A DNA stretch of 64,000 bases, from positions 264,740,001 to 264,804,000 of the forward strand of contig OZ024740.1 in assembly GCA_964016885.1 (NCBI GenBank). Reading direction: 5' to 3'. Every line of letters starts with the position of its first letter. Positions within the stretch are counted from its first letter, which is position 1. Of this stretch, positions 38,931 through 56,000 are shown one piece after another. Source of the stretch: Eledone cirrhosa. Lineage: Eukaryota. Both the position numbers and the translations under genes were made by a program. Under the pieces are notes generated by a model, which was not told the origin of the DNA, did no database searches, and saw only the letters and a list, made by a program, of their open reading frames with translations.

Positions 38931-39973
38931 TATCGGAACTATAACCTCTCAATTCAGGTTTCCTTCTTGTATTACTGAAATGTAACGAATGTTTGGGAGA
39001 GTGATAGTGTCTTTGCGTTAGTATGTTTGCACAATGTTTGCATATCGTTGTATATTCTCTTGTACAGACATTGAGTCAGTTCTCTGCTTTCGAAAACATC
39101 TAAGGATGGAAATGGAGGCAAGACATGAAAGAAATTTATGTGCACGTGATTTAGAATTTCAGAAGCACGGGCACACTTAACATAGTTCTTAGAAGGATCC
39201 AACAATAGAGAGTGTGTCACAAATCAGGCTTTTAAATTGCAGGTACAACACGTTTCGTCCAGCTGAGTGAACTGGAGCAAAGTGAAAGAGAATCTCTTGC
39301 TCAAGACAAATGTGAGCGAAACACCCCATTCACTGGGCCATGTGCCTTCACAGTGTATTGTTATATTTTTTCTTTTACTTTTTTAATCTAATCTATAAAA
39401 GAAAACCTGTCCCTCAGTCTGTCTGTCTGTCAAACATATATATAGAAGAGAAAGTTGAAAGGAGAAAGAAGATAACTTATGACATGCTTATAGTTTATTG
39501 CAAGGGTTAGATGTAATAGGTAGGCGAATGTCATCTCTAGGAGGATGTTTTGCTCAGGAACCAGTTGGGAGAGGGTAGCAGAGAACGTTCCTATTGATTT
39601 TTTTTTTTTTACACATTAGCTTCTAATGAGACCTCCCTCAATCTATTCAAGTGAGTATCATGTGTGTCTATGAAACGTTAGTATTATCATAAACATATGA
39701 AACAGTGTTTCCTCTTTCAGCAATAGAGGTCGTGCAGTGCTTCATGGAAAGGTAATATATTTGTGTCATTTAAGGGCTTGGCAGATTACATCTGTAATGT
39801 CTATCGCATAAATATGACATTATCGACAATCTCGCTCGTAACTTCAGGGTTTATATAAGTGTAAATATTCACGTCTATGTGTGTATAAGTAGGATTGAAT
39901 ACATACATTTGCATAGTTTTGCAAAACGTTTCAAAGATTGAAAGCGACACCATACAGTGAATATACAGACACT

Positions 39974-42530
<2,557 letters not shown>

Positions 42531-43256
42531 ATACATATATATTTCCAAATAACTATCATCAAGTGATATTTGAGAAACATTTTATATTTCATTCTTCTTA
42601 TTTTACTTACTTGATAATTTTCTCTTTTCACGATTATCAATCATTGTTATTGTTGGTGTTAATATTATACAGAAATAATTCCTGCCAGTGGAAAATATTA
42701 CCTGAAACCAATGTAACAATTTGTAGCGATTTCTGCCTGATGCTAGTAATCTAACTTTTTATTAAGAACAGTTGTTAATATTGTTATACAATGAAGGATC
42801 TATTAAAGGATTATAAAAACAAAATAAAGTAATATAAAAAAAAACGGGGGATGGGTTGAAAAAGGACAGATATGGCTGTATGGGAAAGTAAAAGAATGGA
42901 CTATAAATACCATAAATGAGAAGAAGAAGGGAGAAAGAGCAAAAACTATAGAGAATGAGCAATGTTCTTATAGAATATGTATTTATTTTTGTTTGATTTC
43001 TATTAGGTTTGCTGGTTTTCCTCGCGTATTACTTCAGAGCTCTCTTTTGTTCACCAGCCTCAATGTAGAGTTATGTCTAGGATAACAATCGGTTTATAAA
43101 ATAATGAAGGTTAATGTCAAGTATGGATCGGTTATTTTATTGATGCTTCTTTAGGAGAGATTATCACCAATTATAGAAGGCTGCGTTCTTTTACAATTTA
43201 GGGGGAGTTCGTTTCCCTAGCTTGGCTGCTAGACATCTCTTCTATTTCTTTTTAGG

Positions 43257-44380
43257 TGTAGGTAAACAATTAAGCAAAAAGGACATACCTCGAGATTATA
43301 TGTACATGAACATTTTAATCAGAGCAATAAACAAAACAGGTTATCATATCAGTTGCTCCATGATTAGTAATTCGTAATTATCATTTCGTGGCGGTGTTCA
43401 AATATCCCGTGAACGCATGGTGCAATATCGCTGTTTCGCCACAGTGAAACGCGTCTGCTCGCATCAACATACCAAGTTGAAAAGAGTGTATTCAGCTACT
43501 GACGTCAGAACTAGGGCAGTTAATCGACTGTCTCCAAAGTCAAAGCTAGGTGGCGTGATCTTCTACATGGCCCCCCCACCAGATTTTTAGAAAAAGAAAT
43601 AAAAATCGATTCATCGGACCATGTATGTAGAAAAACGATGAGCAACTAGCAAAAACCCTAAACCATGGAGCAATCAGCCCAACCGAGCATGAAGGGCACA
43701 ACAAATTTCAAAAAAAACATATGAAACAAGCATGCAAGAATGAGAAAGAAAAAAAATTATAATAAAACGTAAATACTATTTTTAAAAGTTCAATAGTTCA
43801 AATAGGAAATACAGGATTAAAGCGCAGCTTAAAAATATAGTGCTACACAGTTTTTTGCAAAAAGGCTCCAGTGGCCAGTTCATATAATAACAGTTTGGAA
43901 GAGTTCTTTGGCTAGTGGACTCTTCGACCGGAACGGGTCGTGGTCTTGTATCTTGGTGATGGGGGGGGGGGGGGGGGGGGGGGGCAAAAAAACAGGTGTG
44001 TATGCAAAGGAGAAAGACGGGGGTGTATGTGGCTCAGGTGTGATAGCGTCTGTATTCAAATGTGCTCGTTTGAGTCGATCAATAGAAACCGTCTCTCTGG
44101 AACCCTTAATGTCTACAGTGAAATGTTTCTCGGAACGAGCTAATACACGGTAGGGTCCAGAGTAGGGTTGCGTGAGAGGTGGTCTCACAGCATCGTTTCT
44201 CACAAACACATGAGTCGACGAGGCAATATCCCTCGGGACTGCAGACTTTACAGTTTGCTTCCTCGTATCCATCGGCAGCAGATCCTGAAATTAAGAACGC
44301 AGACGGGATACGTAGGAAATCGGATTTTGTGCAGCAAGATCGAGAGGGACAAGCATTTGCCCAGGTAACGTTAGAGGAGC
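43257..44380 (-). mobile_element. Ty3/Gypsy LTR retrotransposon 3' end: integrase C-terminus, PPT and probable 3' LTR (43257-43567)
   Basis: HVFVRNDAVRPPLTQPYSGPYRVL..TVSIDRLKRA (GPY/F module); purine tract GGTGGGGGGGCCA before TGTAG...CTACA; truncated by the gap. Confidence 0.82.
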
Positions 44381-44580
44381 NNNNNNNNNNNNNNNNNNNN
44401 NNNNNNNNNNNNNNNNNNNNNNNNNNNNNNNNNNNNNNNNNNNNNNNNNNNNNNNNNNNNNNNNNNNNNNNNNNNNNNNNNNNNNNNNNNNNNNNNNNNN
44501 NNNNNNNNNNNNNNNNNNNNNNNNNNNNNNNNNNNNNNNNNNNNNNNNNNNNNNNNNNNNNNNNNNNNNNNNNNNNNNNN
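44381..44580. other. Assembly gap (200 N)
   Basis: Run of N. Confidence 1.
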
Positions 44581-44629
44581 GTAGTTTTCCTAATCTCTCT
44601 CTCTCTCTATCTCTCTCTCTATGTGTATA

Positions 44630-46063
44630 TATTGAAGGGAGATACGGAAACTAAAACTGTGTTGTCATATAGAGAGTGAAGAGCGACAGAGAGAGTAAAG
44701 CAGTTAAATTATAGAGAAGGGCATTGATCTTACATACATACATGCAGACATACATACATTCATACATACATACATACATACATACATATAAAGTATAGAT
44801 ATGTGTGCGTGTTTGTGTATGTGTATGTGTGTTTGTGTATGTGTGTATGTGCATGTGTGTGTATGTATGTTTTGTTTTGATGTTATCCGGCAATTGGCGA
44901 AATTAGGTGTGAATGTATGTGTAGTTGTGGGTGTGGGGTGGGGATGGGGGTATATGTGTGTGGGTGGGTGGTTGTGTGTGTGTGTTACTTATGCGAGCAG
45001 CGACGACAGAAAAAGTGTGTGGGATACAACCATTATTATATTTTTCTGCATTTTCGTTCTGCAACCATTATATTATATTTGTATCCAAATGATTTTAGAT
45101 GTATGTATTACCTTCTTGCCCGTCCCTCTGTTTCTCTTTCCCTGTCTCTTTCTCTCTCTCATCTCTCCTCTCTCTCTCTCTCTCTTTAGATGTGTGTGTG
45201 TGTGTGTGTGTAGTTTTCCTAATCTGTCTCTTTCATTTTGTCTCTCTAAGAGGGTTGCCTTTTGATGTATGTATTACCTGCTTGTGTGTTGACTGAATTT
45301 GAAGGAGGTTATCCTTTTGAAATAAACATACATACGACGCTCATCTCTATGTCTCTATGTTGATATATGATATAAATAATGGGATTGATGAGTTAATATC
45401 TGTATTCAAAAACTACAACGGTACGCGATGGGGCCCACCCACAACCCCGGTGGACAGAATGGAGAAGGCGTTTCCCCGGAGGACGGCGAGTGAGACGCGC
45501 TGGAAAAGCCAATCCAACTCGCGGGGCTCACACCTGCGGCTGGCTAGCTCAGCGCCTTTGGTGGTGAGTAAGGAGGTAGCCTTGGGGCCGAGGATACTAG
45601 AAGTCTCTACTGCCAGGGGTACGACCGCAAACCTGTCCGAGAGCGACCGGTATTTGAGGAGTTTGGATACGAAAAGTAAAAGAGTGTTGTCATATAGAGA
45701 GTGAAGAGAGACAGAGAGTAAAGCAGTTAAATTATAGATAGGGTGGAAGAGCGAGAGAGAGAGAAAGACGACGCTCAGCTTTATAATATTTGAGAGTGAA
45801 GAGCGACTGTGTGAGTAAAGCAGTTACATTGTAGAGAAGGGGAATGATCTATTACAGAGAGAGGGAAGAGCGACGGAGAGACTAAATCTAGGAAACTATA
45901 GGGAGGTGTGTAGGATACATATATGTTGACCGAATTTACATACGACGCTCATCTCTACGGAAAGTAAAAGAGTATTGTCATATAGAGAGTGAAGAGAGAC
46001 AGGGAGTAAAGCAGTTAAGTTATAGAGAGGGTGAAAGAGGGAGAGAGAGAGAGAGAGAGAGAG

Positions 46064-46118
<55 letters not shown>

Positions 46119-46353
46119 GATAGAGAGAGAGAGAGAAAGAGAAAGAGAGAGAGACGACGCTCATCTTTATAATATTTGAGAGTGAAGAGCGACAGAGAGA
46201 GTAAAGCAGTTAAATTATAGATAGGGGGAATGATCTATTATAGGGAGTGGGAAGAGCAACGGAGGGAGTAAAGCTAAGAAACTATAGGGAAGTGTGTAGG
46301 ATGCATACATACATAATACATACATACAACGCTCAGCTTAATAGTATTATAGA
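44630..46353 (-). mobile_element. Helitron-like element with internal tandem repeats
   Basis: A|TCTATAATACTATTAAGCTGAGCGTTG 5' end at 46353; unit GAGAGTGAAGAG..GAGTAAAGCAGTTAAATTATAGA at about 44672, 45697, 45791, 45984 and 46178. Confidence 0.6.
45445..45660 (-). mobile_element. CRE-like RLE retrotransposon C-terminal fragment
   Basis: KYRSLSDRFAVVPLAVETSSILGP...EPRELDWLFQRVSLAVLRGNAFSIL. Confidence 0.75.
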
Positions 46354-46899
46354 TATATATATATAAAGAGAGAGAGAGAGAGAGGGAGAGAGGGGGAAAA
46401 AGAGAGAGAGAGAGAGAGAGATCATGGGGTTAAACGAGCAGGAATGTGCGGACCATATTATTGTTGGATGGCTGTGAAACATGAAAAGAAGCGTTCAACA
46501 ACATATATAAATGGTGCAAGGTGGAGCATTATATAGTATAAACAATCGGAGGCCAAAATCAGTAGGTTCAGGTTTATTTAAAACTCCGTTATACTTATTT
46601 CACTGTGGACTATCAGTTATGATGAGGCGAGTTTGAATGTACCGTTAAAATTATAGTGTGTTAAATGCTTCTTAAGAAAGCATATTATAACAAAGGGAAA
46701 TATCTCACAGATAAACAATTGAAATGTCTATGTTAGTATTTGTGTGTTAGTGTGAGCGAAATATAGCATATGTATGGTAGTATGAAGTGGTATGTAAGAT
46801 AGAAGTGTTTATATTTATGAAGCTATGGAGTTCAGTAGTGTAGAAGGTTTACCGTATTGTGTAAATGTGGAAAAAAGAGAAGTTAAGAAAATATTAATC

Positions 46900-47520
46900 A
46901 ATATTAAGGTGGTTCAAAATCAGTTGAATTCATTGAGTATTTCAACTTAGCGAGGAGTTGGCCTTTGAGATGTAGACATTCTCTAAGGGTTGTGTTCTTA
47001 GTGTTCAAATCATTACTGTTCATATGACCAATGACCTTCCACTCTTGGTTTCACGCCAACATTTTTCAACGTATTGATTTTATTTCATTCTATAATCACT
47101 AGATAATCTCCGTAAATGATCCACCGTTGGTCTCAGAGAATATATTTTCCGAAGTATCAATTCTTTGAAGCAGTGTCAATTTGTTATGAGTTGTTGGGGT
47201 TTTCCGTGGAAGAAGAACAAAGGAAGAATGATATCATGTAGGTGTCAGTTATATGAATCGTTAGAAGAGGCAGCATGTAAGTGCTTATTATACACAGTGA
47301 AGATTTCGGATGATATAATTGAATCTTTCAATACCGCAGAGTTCATAGAATGCAGGTCATTTATCGTTCATGTTCTGATTTTCGAGAATAACGAAGTATG
47401 TTGCCACACGATTGTAAAGGCAAGATGTTAAGTTAAAGACGAACACCCAGGAAACTTATTTATGCAGGAAACTTAAGGACGAGCTTTAAGGACGGTTTGA
47501 ATTAGGTAAATTTATTTGAG
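46900..47520 (-). mobile_element. Highly decayed Naiad-like PLE remnant
   Basis: ..LNTKNTTLRECLHLKGQLL resembles the C-terminus at 30.8 kb; weak. Confidence 0.35.
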
Positions 47521-48999
47521 ACACCCTTTGAAAGGAAGAGGTAGGCCCGATGAAATAAAAGAAAATTGCGGTTGCAATGGGAGTTTCATTTTCGTTCGAT
47601 ACATTTGATTTTACAAACTGTCTTCACTTTGCTATATTTTCGACCCTCGATACTTCTCTTGCAATTTTAATATTCCTTAGAAAGTAAAACAAACGAACCG
47701 AAATACCTAGACTTCTGGGCTTCTCCTTTTGTCTTGTTTTGTGTTATTATATAGTGAAATATATAATTAAGAGGCGACTATTAAGTATCTCTAAAGTATT
47801 TCTCTAAAAATGCCATCTTACCTATCGATCAACAACAACAGTGCCAAACACGATAACCATATACTTCGTTTCCTTAAAACAGAATTGTCGATGTGTGGCT
47901 CATGTACTTTGAAAGCTTCCCTTAAGCTAAGAAAACCATTCACTTTCCACAACCAAACTGAAGTGAATGTGTCCGTTTTTTTTTTTTTAGATATATTTGT
48001 TTGTTTTATCTCATGTGACGAATTCATTAAATTAGTCATCAAAGCCAGGAGCAACAGCAGTATCAAATGTCGAATGACCTCATAACATGTTTTCCTGTTA
48101 ACAAAAAAGAAAAGAGACATATTGTCAGACAGTACTATCGCAGCACCTCTATGTTTTTCTTTCTATTTTGATGTTTACTAGTACGTTGTTGAAACGTTGT
48201 TTAGTTTGCAGTCACCTATCCGACCAATTCTCTTTAGCTGATCAAATCTAGCTTTTGTCCACATTCGCTTTGATGGCGATTATTCTAATTACTTGACCCT
48301 TAGCTACAATTATCATTCAAATATCTATTTTCGATCTTAGTGTTCATTGCTATTTCTGGATATCCTTATAAACAATGCGTTTAATTTAGTAATGTACATT
48401 GAATATCTGTCTCTCAAGGGTATATCCTCTCACGCTTCCTTAATGTATATCCATAGGTTATATCTGTGTTTTCTTCTTTTCTCTCTACATTTAGTGTACC
48501 AGTACGGAATACTTAATATTCTAGCATTACGTTGGCAATTACCATTACTATTTACAGTATGATTCCAATATCACAAGTATTATTTTCAGTCGATGTTTTC
48601 AAAGTAGTTTCTGATCTTAACGAAGATGTTTTTCTTATTTCCAATATTTCTTTGTTATGTTCTTTTAAACTACTCTGCTCTTGTAACATTACAAGTTAAA
48701 TATAATCTATATTTAATAATAATATCTTCTGAGTATTCTAAATTATGTTTTGCCTGTATATCAATTTCCCTAAAAGTTTACTGGCAAATAATACTCACAA
48801 CTAGAAGCAGAACCATGGACATAGCTAATACAAAAATCAAAACAAAAAGAAACGTAATATATATTGTTTTATAGTAGGAGATAACATGACACGAGATATT
48901 TCAGAATCGGTTTTCCTTTGAGCAAAAGTATCTTGCAATAAACATTTAAAAGCATTATTACACGAAAAAATATTTAAATTAGGTTTCTCATAAAACGAT

Positions 49000-49182
49000 A
49001 ATTGTTTCTACATTTGACACAAGGCCAGCAATTAACCAGTGCATTACTGGTACTTTACTTTATCGACTCCGTAAGGATGAAAGGCAAAGTTAACCTCGGC
49101 GGGATTTGAAGTCAGATGGCAAGGGTCGTAACTCTATGCTGCAAAGCATGGCATCCGACCCTCTACCGATACTGCCAATCCA
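49000..49182 (-). mobile_element. SINE family A
   Basis: Reverse complement of 664-852. Confidence 0.9.
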
Positions 49183-49369
49183 CTGTCACTACTGCCAATC
49201 CACAACAATGCGCTTTAGTGTTCAACAGGATTTTACTGGGGAAAGTCTAAGTCTAAAGTCTATCGCAAGACAGGAGGCTCATCAGACCGGTGTTTATCCT
49301 GGTTTCCTGGTATGAAGCGACTGAGACTACAAGTCTACCCCTGATATATGTGGGGGGGGGATGTAACCA

Positions 49370-50215
49370 AGCAGTGGAGAAAGGAATTACCCCGGCTCAT
49401 TGGAGGATCAGTAACATCCTCCCGGCACACAAGAAGGGAGATCTCTGAAACCAAAACTACAGGGGCATCACATTGACGTCACTTGTGGTAAAGACACGCA
49501 ACAGGATTATTCTTAACCGGATTCAGCTTGAGATAGAGAAGAAACCCAGGGACAACCAGAATGGCTTCAGAGTGGGAAGATCAACCATCGATAACGTCCT
49601 GATGCTGAGGAGAATTCTAGAGGGAGATAGAGCAAAGAGCCTTCCTGCTGTCATAGTTTTCATTGACTTCAGGAAGGCCTTTGATTCTGTGAACAGAGAC
49701 TGCCTGATAAAGATAATACAGGTTTATGGAATGGCAAAGACGATACTGAACCTGATAACACTGTTCTACACCAACCAAGTTATTACACCTGACGGGATGA
49801 CAGATTTCTTTGAGATACTGGCTAAAGTGCTCCCGGGCGATACATTGCCTCACTACCAGTAGACTACTGTAAAAAGTATTGCACAGGATAAACACCAGGA
49901 CTCGGGCTTCACTGTAGCACCAGCTCAGAGCAGGAGAGTTATGACTAAAAAGAGATCAGATGCTGAATTTTCTGACGTCTTATAACTGGTGACAAACACA
50001 GTGATCAATTCAGAGGAGTTGATGTAAGAGGTGGAGAGTGTGGGGCTGAGAATGAATGAGAGTAAGACGAAGTATCTGGTGGAGAACATCAGAGAGCCAG
50101 AGAATATTATGAATGTGGGCGTGAAGCCGCAAATGTTAGTTAAGGACTTCCTGTATCTGGGAACAAGGATTAGGAACACATAGGATGATGTAGTGGAGAG
50201 GAAGTGCAAAGCTTG
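49370..50215 (+). mobile_element. RTE-clade LINE RT fragment
   Basis: NYRGITL, NQNGFR.GRST, FIDFRKAFDSV, GDTL, DFLYLG. Confidence 0.88.
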
Positions 50216-50580
50216 TGTGTAGGGGTGTGGGGTTTGTCTGGAACATTGCTTGTATTATGCAATGGGCTGTCCGGCACACTTAAAGGACATGATTTCAGAG
50301 ATATCATCTAATGAATGATTACATAATCCAATAAGTGCCACGTCTGAGATCTCGGTTGCATCTATGTTAATGTGTGATCATCTTTCGGCATAAAGTATCT
50401 ACTGACAGGTTTTTACAAAGCTTGAGAAGTCTTCAGAACGGTGCGTTGAATGATTTGCGAAATTCGTTCCGTCTCATTGCGCTCAATTTTCCCATTCATC
50501 GTGTGAAAGTGCTGGGGTTGTTTCTTTCTGTATATCTCATTTCACTTCCTTTTCTCTATTCACTTCAATACACAGTATAC

Positions 50581-50658
<78 letters not shown>

Positions 50659-50746
50659 ATAATAATAAATTTGAAGACTAAAATCCAAAGAGGGCTCGAT
50701 AAGGATAAATATATATCAAATATATAAGAACCGTAGAGCAAATATT

Positions 50747-50862
50747 TATTAAAATAACGGATTAAAGATTAAGAAAAGAATCGCTGCTTTCACCCTTAAC
50801 GGGATCTTCTGAAGGGTGAAAGCAGAGCTTCTTTGCTTAAACTTTAATATGTTATTTTAATA
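50747..50862. repeat. Short fold-back; family also at about 17320-17435
   Basis: CTGCTTTCACCCTT / AAGGGTGAAAGCAG core with matching outer arms. Confidence 0.8.
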
Positions 50863-51455
50863 TTAGACTTAGCTATTGACCAGTTAATTTTATTGTTCAT
50901 TTTTTGTCGATTCTATTAAATGATGATTAGCTCCTGTTTATTTTAACATGTCTATTGAGCACTCTTATTCGATATGTGATTTTCCACATTTTCCCGAATA
51001 TTTTTCGCGGATATAGAGGTTATCTCCCTTGCTGAATTCCATGTGCGTTTTCAGCTAGGGTTGTGCCTTTTTATTCGTTCGGACAAAAGCTCGTTGATAA
51101 AGTAATTCCTGTCCGCTGCTCCCTAGAAGTCTTATATATTTTTATGTGGGCTGATAGTGGGCGATTTAAGGATTTACAGAAACCCTAGAAGTTAGATTTA
51201 CCATCTTTCTAGCGGGTCCGGGTAAGCTTTTTACATTCATATGATTTATTGATTTATGACCTGAGTCTGAGTGACTCGAATCTTCCAGATCGTAATTTTT
51301 CGGTCGTATGGTTGATTTTAGACATGATCGATGTGTGTTGGTATGTTAACGATAGTTATAGCTCTGATTTATCTGAATGATTGAGCCCTCTGCCACTCAT
51401 ATAGAATTTTGTTTATCGTGAACTCGTGCGCCGATTTTTCGATACTCGATTATTC

Positions 51456-51644
<189 letters not shown>

Positions 51645-51699
51645 CATATATATACATATATATAATATAAGATCAAAAGATGGTTAAAGGAGTTCAATA

Positions 51700-51770
51700 T
51701 ATTTTATTATGCGCATTTCAAAAACAAACATCATCAAACAATAATATTTGTGTTTTCATCAGATAAAATA
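51700..51770 (-). ncRNA. Type-I hammerhead ribozyme with palindromic helix III
   Basis: TATTTTAT-CTGATGA-AAACACAAATATTATT(gttt)GATGATGTTTGTTTTT-GAAA-TGCGCA-TA-ATAAAATA. Confidence 0.85.
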
Positions 51771-51880
51771 GGAGAACATGATATGAAGGCTAAAAAAACA
51801 CTTGTTGATAGTGCAGTTTTAAATCAACATATCCGATATCTGCATTGCTTTATTGTACTACAATAAAACTCACCTCCTAC

Positions 51881-52046
<166 letters not shown>

Positions 52047-52055
52047 GTATATATG

Positions 52056-52201
<146 letters not shown>

Positions 52202-52216
52202 TATATATATATAGGT

Positions 52217-52289
52217 GATGTGTTGGTGTAAATGGTAACACATTGGTTACGGATAACCAAAGATGTGGGTTCGACTCCCATGTACATCA
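52217..52289 (+). tRNA. tRNA-like cloverleaf (pseudogene or SINE head), isotype unassignable
   Basis: Acceptor GATGTGT/GTACATC, D-stem GTGT/ACAC, anticodon stem TTGGT/ACCAA with 8-nt loop, T-arm GTGGG-TTCGACT-CCCAT, downstream TTTTT. Confidence 0.6.
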
Positions 52290-52479
52290 ATACTCATCTT
52301 TTTCCATTTCTCCGAGGGTTCTTAACCCCATATCAGGCTAAATAATTTCTTTAGTCAAAATACGGCGATAGATTACATTTATAATAATTTCAAACCCGCT
52401 CGCTGTTTCGAAAATATTCTTACTATATATATATATATGAATGAATTTATAGTTTACTTGAAGCATTGTATATGTTATA

Positions 52480-52821
52480 AAGAATTCGAAGTTTGAAAGC
52501 GACGACAATGCAGGTTTAGACGGAGAGTAATAAAATCGTAAAAAACAGAGTTTGTTTGTTTACCTTAATTTATTCATGTCTCCTGATATTTCGAGATTAA
52601 TATCTCTTCTTCCGAGGAAAATAAAGGAGCTACTCCAATGTCCGATGTGACCAGCAAGCCACATCGGACAATGGAGTATTTCCTTCATTTTCCTTAGCGG
52701 AAGAGATATTAATCTCGATATATCAGTATATGTGAATAAATTAAAGTACACAAACAAACCCTATTTCTTACAATTCTCCGTCTAAAGCTACATTGTCGTG
52801 GCTTTCAAATTTCGAGTTCTT
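52480..52821. repeat. Fold-back (about 165-bp arms) containing a hammerhead-like motif with U4G (52581-52618, minus)
   Basis: TCCT-CGGAAGA-A-GAGA..TCTC-GAAA-TA-TC-AGGA; arms are reverse-complementary. Confidence 0.8.
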
Positions 52822-52834
52822 CATATATATAAAT

Positions 52835-52957
52835 ATTGTTATACTTGGTGAGGGTCATGTTGTTGTAATAATATTGTCAGAAATAATAGTGAGTGTGCTC
52901 TGTTATTAATTCTGGGTATATTATTACAACAACATGACCCTCCCCATGTATAACAAT
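52835..52957. repeat. Fold-back (about 60-bp arms); a single arm recurs at about 60133-60207
   Basis: GAGGGTCATGTTGTTGTAATAATAT / ATATTATTACAACAACATGACCCTC. Confidence 0.88.
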
Positions 52958-53027
52958 AGTTGTTTCGACAAACGATTTCATATCAAAGACCTTGCAAAAC
53001 AAATATATATATATGTATATATATATA

Positions 53028-53097
<70 letters not shown>

Positions 53098-53099
<2 letters not shown>

Positions 53100-56000
53100 C
53101 AATCAATGTGTCAAATAGGGCATACGATACATTGCATTATGTTCTTGTATTCCCAAAAGGTGAAAATGGATGGAACATGTCTGTTCATTTAGATGATCAC
53201 GAGAATCACCATCAACAGGGAGGTGGCAATAGACAATAAATCAATTCGCGACTTTTACGCGTTCCATTTGAACGAGAGGAATCAACAGAGAAATGCACTA
53301 TTTCAAGCCAGCAGATTGTTCCAGGAATACTGTTGTATGGCATTCGCAAAGATCGAAAATCAAAGGCTAAATTATATAGCTACACATCAGCAACATATCA
53401 GAGCTGAATTGTATAATAATATACAAGATGCGATAACAGCCGATGATGCCAATTACTAGCAAATTGGTCGACGCATCATTTTGCTATCGCCGTTCATCGG
53501 CGGCCCGAGATATATGAACATTCGCTATCAGGATGCAATGGCTATTGTCAGAAAGTTTGGAAAACCAGATTTGTTTATAACGGTTACATGCAATCCTGAA
53601 TGGACTTATATTAAGGATGCCCTTTTTCCAGGACAACAGCCATAGGACCGTCCTGATATTGTGGCAAGAGCATTCAAAGGATATCTGAAAAAGATAAAGG
53701 ATGATGTGGAAAAAGAGGGAATCTTTGGAGGTATAGTTGCTTTTACATACATAATTGAATTCCAAAAAAGAGGATTGCCACATGCACATTTACTGATCAT
53801 TTTACATAGAGATTGCAAATTGAGATGTGCTGAGGATATTGAAAGTAATGTGTGTGCTGAACTGCCGGAGAATGAGGCACTACGCAACTTGTTGGCAAAG
53901 TTAATGGTGCACAACCAATGCGGAGTTAAACATCGGAGAGCGCCTTGCATGAAAAATGGCTAATACAGTAAGCACTTTCCGAAATCTTTTGTCATGAACA
54001 CTTTCTGGAACGATTGGGATGCTCAGGCCTCATACAGAAGACGGCCGCCTGCCGATGGTGGTTTGGTCGAAAATATAAACTGTCGACAGATTACAAATCA
54101 ATGGGTTGTGCCATACAATCCATATTTGATTATGAAATATCGTTGTCATATTAATGTGGAAATTTGAGGCCCAGTGAAAGCTTGCAAATATCTATTCAAA
54201 TATGTTTACAAAGGTCATGATCGGGCAATGATCAATGTCAGGAATGAGGAAGCGAACCAAGGAGATGATGTTGGCAGGTTCCAGGATGTTCGCTCGATTG
54301 GATCTAGCGGAGCTTGCTGGAGATTGTTCGATTTTCATCTCAATGAACGCAAACCCAGCGTTCAGAAACTGACGGTTCACTTAGAGAATAGTCAAAAGGC
54401 TCTGTTTTCAGGACACTAGAAGAGGTGTCGAAAGAATTGCTAACGCACCACATCCTAAGACGGAATTGACTGAGTGGTTCAAGCATAATAGGGAACATGC
54501 TTTGAACCCGGATCAAAGGCATCTCTACTGCGATTTCCCTTCGCACTATACGTGGGATAAGAAGGGAAAGAAATGGAATGATAGAAATCAAAAGTTGAGA
54601 TTCATGACTATTGGACGGGTTTGTAATGTCCATCCAGCATCTGGTGATGTGTTTCATCTCCGAATTCTGTTGCATAAGGATTTTTCGAGAGGTAAACAGA
54701 GCTTGGCTGATTTGAAAACAATCAATGGCGTGGAATATGAAAGATACCAGGCTGTGTGTCAACATCTGGGACTCCTTCAGGATGACGCTGAATGGAATAA
54801 CGCCATGGAAGCTGCAGGAACAACACAGATGCCAGCTCAAATAAGGCTGTTGTTTGTCACGATTCAAGGATTCTGCAATTCTGCCGATCCAAGAGAGTTA
54901 TTTGAATGCCATTGGGGAATTATGGCTGATGATTTCAGGCATCATCTTCAGGTCGATGATGACAATTTGATGATGGCTATTGTTTTGCTCAATATTGAGC
55001 AACTGCTTGAACTTCATTTCAAATGTTTAACAGATTTCAATTTGTCAATTCCTGATGAAGAAATACGGCAACGTGTCTTAGCATTGAACATAAGATTGCA
55101 GCTTAGACGGCTGCGCCTTTATCGGAGGGAACTATTCCAGTTTGATCCACTGGAGCAGCAACGTATTGTGGATGAACGTATGCCAATGTTGACCCAATTT
55201 CAGAGAGAATTGGTCGATGGCGGTCTCCACTCGATTTCCACTAATGAGCAACTTTGTGCTTTCACAGATGCTTCAGGAGGCACCGGAAAGACATTCTGTT
55301 TCAACACTATGTTATCGGCAGTCAGAGCTCTGAGGAAGATTGCTCTCCATGTGGCCACCAGTGGGATCGCTGCCACTTTGCTGAGTGCTGGAAGGACCTT
55401 CCACTCATGCTTCAAGGCTCCATTGGCTCCGGACGAGTTGAGTGTATGTAAAATTACAGGACAAAGTGAACTGGCGGGCGTTATAAGCAATGCGTCTCTG
55501 ATTATTAGGGACGAGACTCCAATGGCACACAGATATTTGCTGGAAGAATTGGACAGAACTTTGAGAGATATCTGCGGTAGTGACCTGCCATTCGGTGGTA
55601 AGACTATTGTTCTTGGTGGCGATTTCAGACAGGTGCTACCAATTGTTAGGAATGCTCAGAGAGTGCAAATTGTCGAATCATGTCTGAACAAATCCCCGTT
55701 GTGGGGCCATTTAAGAGTTTTGCGATTACACGATAATATGCGATTTCGTATGTTCGGGCAAAACGAAGAGGCTGAGACATACGGCCGATGGTTGATGCAG
55801 TTGGGAAACGATGAATTGCCTCACGTTGGTGATAATCAGACTGTAAGAATCCCAGACCATTTGGTCATGCCACTGGATCGCCAAGCATTGATTGACTGGG
55901 TGATCCCTAATTTGAATGCTTTTTGGCAGAATATCTCCTGGATATCGGAACGCGTTATTCTAACTCATACGAACGCAACGGTCGATGAAATAAATTCACA

